A stretch of DNA of 64,000 bases from assembly GCA_027022365.1 (NCBI GenBank), contig JALVYU010000031.1, forward strand, positions 256,001-320,000. The letters are read 5' to 3'. The position numbers and the translations under genes were made by a program. The notes beneath the pieces were generated by a model. That model was not told the DNA's origin and did not search any database. It worked only from the letters and a program-made list of their open reading frames with translations. The stretch comes from Desulfurococcales archaeon (lineage in GTDB: Archaea > Thermoproteota > Thermoprotei_A > Sulfolobales > Desulfurococcaceae). Below, piece after piece: positions 58,585 through 64,000 of this stretch. Numbering within the stretch: the first letter of the stretch is position 1; the number at the start of each line of letters is the position of its first letter.

Positions 58585-60690
58585 ATGGCGGGAGAGATAA
58601 GGCTTGGATATACTGTGTGCCCCTTCTGCGGAGCCGGCTGTGGATTCCATCTCGTTGTACGGGATGGGAGAGTAATCGGTGCTGAGAGAATATATGATCA
58701 CCCTGTCTCCGCCGGAGTACTATGTCCCAAGGGAGCATATGCGTGGAAGATCATAAATCACCCCGACAGGCTCACAACACCGCTGAAGCGGACCGAGAGG
58801 GGCTTCAGGCCAATAACATGGAGAGAAGCAATCAGAGAAATAGCAGAGGCTATGAGGAGGATAGCCAAAGACGATCCGGACAGAGCATACTTCCTGGCGA
58901 GCGCTAAGTGCACGAACGAGGAGAACTTCCTCCTACAGAAAATAGCGAGGACGATCATAGGGACCAACAACATAGATCACTGTGCAAGGCTATGCCACAG
59001 CCCGACCGTCGCCGCCCTGGCGCGCAGCCTTGGATCAGCGGCTATGACTAATCCTATAAACGATGTAGCGAACGCCAAGACACTGTTCATCATAGGCTAT
59101 AACCCTGCAGAGACCCATCCCGCCATATTCAGGTTCGTAGAGGACGCACGCAGGAAATACGCATCGGTACCCGCACGGAAGATCGCAATCGCGAGGTTCG
59201 GCCTAGGACTAGGAGAGACAGAGTTCAAAATGATAGTGGCCGATCCAAGGAAGACGATGACGGCCGTACAAGCCGATATTCATCTCCAGCAAAAGCCGGG
59301 AACAGATGCTGTATTGATAAACGCAATGATAAAAACAATCATAGATCACGGCCTCGTGGACAAAGAATTCGTAGAGAAGAGAACAACTGGCTACGAGAGA
59401 CTAGTTGAGAGCCTCAAAGACTTCGACCTAGATGAGGCCTCGAGGATTACGGGGGTGCCACGGAAACTCATAGAGGAAGCAGCAATAACATATGCGGTGA
59501 ACAAGCCCTCCACGATATACTACGGAATGGGGATAACCCAGCACAGGAACGGCACAGCCCTCGTCCAAGCCCTCGTAAACATGGCACTAATAACAGGAAA
59601 CATAGGCAGGCCAGGGGCAGGAATATGTCCTGCAAGGGGACAAGCCAACGTGCAGGGAGCATGTGATATGGCCGCACTACCTGACTTCTACCCAGGGTAC
59701 AGGAAGATAGCGCCGGAGAACGCCCGTGAACTCAGCCACATATGGGGCCTACCAGTACCGGTTGATGAGGGAATGTTTAGCACCGAGATGTGGAATGTAG
59801 CCTTGACGGGAGGCATAGACCTCCTGTACATAATGGGTGAAAACCCGCTGATCTCCGAGCCGGGATACTACCGTATAATGAGGGCGCTCAAAAGAATAGA
59901 TCTGGTCGTGGTGCAGGATATATTCCTCACCGAGACAGCCAGGCATGCAGACATAGTATTGCCAGCAGGGCTGTGGGCTGAGAAAACAGGCACAATGACA
60001 AACACGGAGAGAAGAGTACAGCTATTCGAGAAAATAGTTGACCCGCCCGGAGAGGCTAGGCCCGACCTAGACATCCTATTGGCACTACTCAAAGAGCTGG
60101 GGGCACCATTCAGATACGACGGGCCGGAACAAGTATTCGAGGACATCCGACGAACAATACCTACTTACCGCGGGATAACATACGAGAGGCTGAGAAAGAA
60201 GCGCTATGGCATACAGTGGCCGTGTCCCAACGAGAATCATCCGGGGACACCGATCCTCCATACCGAGAGGTTCCCGACACCCGACGGCAAGGCGAGGATC
60301 ACGCCTGTTAGGCCCGAGGTAACCGTTAAGACCACTGATGAATACCCGTTCATACTCATCAACGGCAGGCTCATAACACACTATAACACAGGGACAATGA
60401 CGAGACGCATAATGGAGCTCCTACTAAAGGATGATTCAAGCCTTCTATATATAAGCCCTGACGACGCGAGGAGCCTAGGAATATTAGACGGAGACATAGT
60501 AGAGCTCGAGACGCCCTACGGCAGAGAGAGGATAACAGTCAAGATAACGACGGAAGTACCAAAAGGCGTGCTATTCGTGCCGAACCACTTCATAGACCCG
60601 CCGGTAAACACGTTCGTCGGCGATATAATAGATCCTGTGTCGGGGATACCGGAGTATAAGGGGATACCGGCAAGAATTAACCTGATATAG
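58585..60690 (+). CDS. fdhA: Mo/W formate dehydrogenase alpha subunit (Cys-type)
   Basis: CPFCGAGC...LCPKG, SAKCTNEENF, NIDHCARLCHSPT, GITQH, RGQANVQGACDM, HYNTGTMTRR, PEYK. Confidence 0.93.
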   Translation: MAGEIRLGYTVCPFCGAGCGFHLVVRDGRVIGAERIYDHPVSAGVLCPKGAYAWKIINHPDRLTTPLKRTERGFRPITWREAIREIAEAMRRIAKDDPDRAYFLASAKCTNEENFLLQKIARTIIGTNNIDHCARLCHSPTVAALARSLGSAAMTNPINDVANAKTLFIIGYNPAETHPAIFRFVEDARRKYASVPARKIAIARFGLGLGETEFKMIVADPRKTMTAVQADIHLQQKPGTDAVLINAMIKTIIDHGLVDKEFVEKRTTGYERLVESLKDFDLDEASRITGVPRKLIEEAAITYAVNKPSTIYYGMGITQHRNGTALVQALVNMALITGNIGRPGAGICPARGQANVQGACDMAALPDFYPGYRKIAPENARELSHIWGLPVPVDEGMFSTEMWNVALTGGIDLLYIMGENPLISEPGYYRIMRALKRIDLVVVQDIFLTETARHADIVLPAGLWAEKTGTMTNTERRVQLFEKIVDPPGEARPDLDILLALLKELGAPFRYDGPEQVFEDIRRTIPTYRGITYERLRKKRYGIQWPCPNENHPGTPILHTERFPTPDGKARITPVRPEVTVKTTDEYPFILINGRLITHYNTGTMTRRIMELLLKDDSSLLYISPDDARSLGILDGDIVELETPYGRERITVKITTEVPKGVLFVPNHFIDPPVNTFVGDIIDPVSGIPEYKGIPARINLI

Positions 60691-60724
60691 GCAGGCGTGA
60701 CAGTAGCGTTAAAAACAGTTTTTA

Positions 60725-61411
60725 TCATCTGTAACATGTTTTTATCCATTGAACGCACCTCAGGCAAGGATCAGGTTCTCCCGCCAGTACGCCGTCCTCG
60801 AAGCATCTAACGTCATCCCTGTTGTTGATATTATAGAGACTCAGTTTTACGAGGTCTGGATAATCATCGATCAATAAGATCTTAGCGCCGGGAACCAAGC
60901 GAACGGCCTGGGAAAGACTCCTGATCCCGCGTAGGTATAGTTTACGGAGATAGCTTTCGGCCCCCCTAGAATAGTATCCATGCAGTGGCTCGAGGAAACC
61001 ATTCCTCCATCCAGGCAAAACTATGGAGAACCCTTGCAGAGCGGTATTGAGGATCTCAGATACTAGTTCCATGCGTACACACGGCATATCCCCGCCGAAA
61101 ACCATTATCTGGTCGTAAAGCTCCAGTGCCTTCAGAATACCCGTGATAGGGCCTCCGAGCAGGTTATCAACGTGTATTTTCGAGGAAATCTTGGCCCGTG
61201 ATAGCTTCTCAGCATTCGTCTTAGAAGCGATAATGACTGGTTCTCTACCAAATATCTTCTCAACGTTCTCGCATGTATATTTTATCAATGGTTTTTCAGC
61301 TATTCTATAAAATAATTTGTCTCCGTCGAATCTCCTGGATGAACCACCTGCGAGAATAATTGGAATCAAGTCTTTAAATATATCATTTGTTATATCGTTA
61401 TCGTCTTCCAC
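60725..61411 (-). CDS. mobA: Molybdenum cofactor guanylyltransferase
   Basis: ILAGGSSRRF..DK, GPITGI, GGDMP, EPLHGYY, NINN.DD. Confidence 0.88.
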   Translation of the reverse strand: MEDDNDITNDIFKDLIPIILAGGSSRRFDGDKLFYRIAEKPLIKYTCENVEKIFGREPVIIASKTNAEKLSRAKISSKIHVDNLLGGPITGILKALELYDQIMVFGGDMPCVRMELVSEILNTALQGFSIVLPGWRNGFLEPLHGYYSRGAESYLRKLYLRGIRSLSQAVRLVPGAKILLIDDYPDLVKLSLYNINNRDDVRCFEDGVLAGEPDPCLRCVQWIKTCYR

Positions 61412-61553
61412 TGTCTTTCCCTATAAGAATTAGTACGAAAACCACGTATTAGGATAGGGGTTATTTAAAATTATGAAAGAGTGTTCACAAGATCCTGTAA
61501 CAAACACGTTCAATTCCAATAGCACATGATTACGAAAAAACCTTGTCCTCGTC

Positions 61554-62996
61554 CTAGCCGAAATGCTTCTTCATTTCCTCGTTACCCGGCATATTAAGGA
61601 GATCGTCTATGGTCTCTTGTACCTGTCTTGTAGACTTTGTACGTGGATCCATGTGTAGCCAGTCCTCGAGTATCTCCCTCCCGCCCTCCAGGAAAGCTGT
61701 GAGGGCCATCTCCATCCTGGTCATTCTAGGCAGTAGGACTAGATCCCTGATCTTCTTGGGTAGGGGCTCGAATATATAGCGGTGCAGGCCCTTCCCATCG
61801 ATCTGCACGGGCATCTCTACCGCTACATTATCGGGTATTCCCGGTATGCTGCCCAGGTTTAATGTGTTGACAATGTATTCATCCCTCCTATTATTGGCTA
61901 TGCTGTCTATGATTGGCACGATTGATTCGCCGCTCCACTCCGGCGGTATATGTACGGCGAGCGGGTGCTTCTGATCCCTGAGGGCTTCGTATAGTCTTTG
62001 TAGCTGCATGTTTAGATAGGCGATATACATCATCCACCCTATCTCTGAGTCAGGCCCTCCTGTCGAGCCGTACCATTTCTGTTTCGTCTTGAGGTCCCAG
62101 TGGTACATCCACGTGCCTCCACGTACAGTGTCCCCTACGGGTAGGAGGCCGTACCTTTTATACATGTCTATGGCTGCTGGCGATAGATCTATATCGAACG
62201 GGTTTACCTGCGTCTCTCTCCAGCGTTCCCAGTACTTCTCGGCTTTTTCCTCGATCCACTTATCCAGTAATGGATAAGCGTCTTCGCTCTTGTACTTGAA
62301 TTTCGTCAGCCAGATCACATGGTTGAACCCTAGGACTTCGAACTCGGTTTCCTCGCGTGGTAGGCCGAGCTCCTTCATGACATTGTAGATGCCGTGGTAT
62401 CCATGGCATAGACCGATCATCTTTATCTTGACGTGTCTCTGGATCAGGGTTGTGAGCTCGAAGACGGGGTTAGCGACATTGATTAGCCAGGCATCGGGAG
62501 CGTATTCCTCGACATCCTTCGCTATGCTTAGGGCTAGTTTGAACTGGTAGTAACCCCAGATCGTGTGGTAGTCGCTTACCATGTTCCACTCAACACTATT
62601 TATACCACGGTAGTAGCCGTGGCGTTCACATATCTCTCTCATACGCTCATAGTACATGTGGCCGCCATACATGGCGGAGTTCACGACGAAGTCGGCGTCC
62701 TTTATCGCCTCGATGCGATCCGTTGTTAGTACGAATTCTAGGTCGGCATGTAGCTCTGAGGCGTATCGTTTGGCGAAGCTTGTTATTAGGTTGAGCCTCT
62801 CCCTGTTTATATCCATGAGGTAAACCCTGGCTCCATGGAGGCTCTTGGCAAGTATGAGGTCTATGATGATCCTCGAGCTCCATACAGCGCTTCCCGCGCC
62901 TATAAAGGCGATCTTGAGTCCCTTGCCCTTAGGCTCATCCTCCATAAGGGGTTTAAGCCTGTTCTTGTACTTCATGGAGGAACAACCCTTAACCAT
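61554..62996 (-). CDS. GH4 NAD+/Mn2+-dependent glycosidase (Thermotoga AglA/alpha-glucuronidase-like)
   Basis: KIAFIGAGS, LMDIN, YYRGI, ANPV, GLCHG, GFNH, VEMP. Confidence 0.9.
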   Translation of the reverse strand: MVKGCSSMKYKNRLKPLMEDEPKGKGLKIAFIGAGSAVWSSRIIIDLILAKSLHGARVYLMDINRERLNLITSFAKRYASELHADLEFVLTTDRIEAIKDADFVVNSAMYGGHMYYERMREICERHGYYRGINSVEWNMVSDYHTIWGYYQFKLALSIAKDVEEYAPDAWLINVANPVFELTTLIQRHVKIKMIGLCHGYHGIYNVMKELGLPREETEFEVLGFNHVIWLTKFKYKSEDAYPLLDKWIEEKAEKYWERWRETQVNPFDIDLSPAAIDMYKRYGLLPVGDTVRGGTWMYHWDLKTKQKWYGSTGGPDSEIGWMMYIAYLNMQLQRLYEALRDQKHPLAVHIPPEWSGESIVPIIDSIANNRRDEYIVNTLNLGSIPGIPDNVAVEMPVQIDGKGLHRYIFEPLPKKIRDLVLLPRMTRMEMALTAFLEGGREILEDWLHMDPRTKSTRQVQETIDDLLNMPGNEEMKKHFG

Positions 62997-63118
62997 GTAA
63001 TGGATTCTCTGATAATCTATTGTCGCCTCATGCTAATTAATTTTTAACTGAAATGTTTAAAGCATTCAAAGAAGAGGCCATGAATTTTACATAGGTATTT
63101 TTAATTGTGTAGGAAAAA

Positions 63119-63919
63119 CTACATGATCCCAATGGCTTTAACGCCTTCACGCCTGATCTTATGGATGCTGTAGTGCAGGAGCAGTAATGCCATGACTAGG
63201 AAGCCCAGTGAGTACGGCAGACCAATCATGATTAGTGTGCTGGTCGGTAGGACAGGCATTGTCCCTATCAACCCATATCTGATGAGCTCGGCTGGGTAGC
63301 TGAACGGCGTTGTGAGGGCGATAATCCTGAGTATCTCCGGATACATTATAAGCGGTGTAAAGCCTCCCGTCGCTATAGGGAGTATCCATGAAAGTATCTC
63401 GACGACTGGGCCGCTTGTACCGCTCAACAGCATGCTCGAGCCTAGGATCAAGCTATACCCGGACAGGACTATTAACAGGCAGGCGAAACCAGCGATCAAC
63501 GCTAGGGGGTCGTGAACCCATATTGCAGGAGGCGCGTAAAGTATTGCCATGATAACATATACCATTGCAAGACTCAGAGCAACCCATAATAGCCCGACGG
63601 GCATGAGGCCGACGTAGACCATGATCACTGGTCTTCCGCTTATAATGTAATGCTCGAGAATACCCCTGATCATCATTTGGCGGAGGCTCCACGCCCAGTC
63701 CCAGCCAGCCATATTGTACGACATGAAGACCAGCACAGCGATGAAGGCATAGGCAGCAGCGACTTCGCGGGGAGTCGAGGGCCTGCTGAACAGGATCATC
63801 GGAGAAATCAATAGCGTCATCCATAAAGCCATCTGCAAAACTCCAACTATGATCGCTTTATTCCTAAGCAGCGAAGCGGTGAGATAAGCCTTAAGTATGG
63901 CCAGCAAGGAGCGGATCAA
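63119..63919 (-). CDS. ABC-2 type permease
   Basis: About six TMs; GGFTPL..YP...TPFSYPAELIR. Confidence 0.82.
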   Translation of the reverse strand: MIRSLLAILKAYLTASLLRNKAIIVGVLQMALWMTLLISPMILFSRPSTPREVAAAYAFIAVLVFMSYNMAGWDWAWSLRQMMIRGILEHYIISGRPVIMVYVGLMPVGLLWVALSLAMVYVIMAILYAPPAIWVHDPLALIAGFACLLIVLSGYSLILGSSMLLSGTSGPVVEILSWILPIATGGFTPLIMYPEILRIIALTTPFSYPAELIRYGLIGTMPVLPTSTLIMIGLPYSLGFLVMALLLLHYSIHKIRREGVKAIGIM

Positions 63920-64000
63920 TACTCTTTCACCCCCTTAAACCTCAGCCTCTCCTCCCATCTTGTCACGGTCTTACCGCCTATGGGGAGGAGTAGAATGAAA
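63916..64000 (-). CDS. C-terminal end of an upstream gene, probably another ABC-2 permease (partial)
   Basis: Manual translation ...FILLLPIGGKTVTRWEERLRFKGVKEY*; TTGA overlap with the next permease. Confidence 0.55.
   Translation of the reverse strand, partial: FILLLPIGGKTVTRWEERLRFKGVKEY

Noticed and set aside
58960-59010. Selenocysteine in the FdhA active site
   Set aside because: The codon is TGC (CARLCH), and the frame has no internal TGA.
1163-63824. Numerous 60-175 aa antisense or alternate-frame ORFs (e.g. 8770-9291, 9985-10512, 27033-27506, 48164-48664)
   Set aside because: They lie wholly or largely within well-supported genes and have no motifs, as expected for shadow ORFs.
1-64000. 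Genome-wide stop-codon reassignment (TGA to Trp/Sec, TAG to Pyl)
   Set aside because: Many full-length conserved genes end at TGA or TAG at the expected position, often in ATGA/GTGA overlaps. Trp is encoded by TGG throughout, and only one internal TGA was found.
1-64000. CRISPR arrays, tRNA/rRNA genes, transposases, integrases, inteins
   Set aside because: I saw no periodic repeat-spacer structure, GC-rich structural RNA tract or diagnostic motifs by eye. Small RNAs could still be missed without covariance searches.

Overview
Gene-dense chromosomal segment, almost certainly from an archaeon. Support: a DGGGP synthase, a Nop2/RsmB plus Nip7-like pair, GG(A)GGTGA Shine-Dalgarno (SD) sites and many TTG/GTG starts. 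Gene content suggests an anaerobic thermophilic Thermoprotei/Desulfurococcales-like heterotroph (inference). I found no rRNA, tRNA, CRISPR array or recognisable mobile element. Main blocks: (i) a peptide module (M32 carboxypeptidase divergent from cstA, a small protein, an ArsA-type ATPase and a membrane protein); (ii) a GlmS-like gene lacking catalytic Cys1, divergent from an ammonium transporter; (iii) ABC-2 exporters and lipid genes; (iv) a UPF0309 SIS gene plus nagA; (v) a 13-kb group-4 [NiFe]-hydrogenase/Mrp cluster headed by a GltD-like NAD(P)H flavoprotein; (vi) two MFS genes, a PIG-L deacetylase, a GH84 and a tandem GNAT; (vii) trpB2, methanogen-type fdhB-fdhA, mobA and a GH4. The best candidates for an undescribed system are a distributed archaeal N-acetylhexosamine pathway (GH84, deacetylase, acetyltransferase, NagS-like/NagA pair, Cys-less GlmS next to Amt), the putatively NAD(P)H-coupled hydrogenase-Mrp complex, and the CstA-ArsA module. 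Reading the raw sequence also showed two genes with apparent non-canonical start codons (CTG; TTA/ATA) behind perfect SD sites, and one gene split by an in-frame TGA. All family assignments come from motif recognition by eye, not from database searches.
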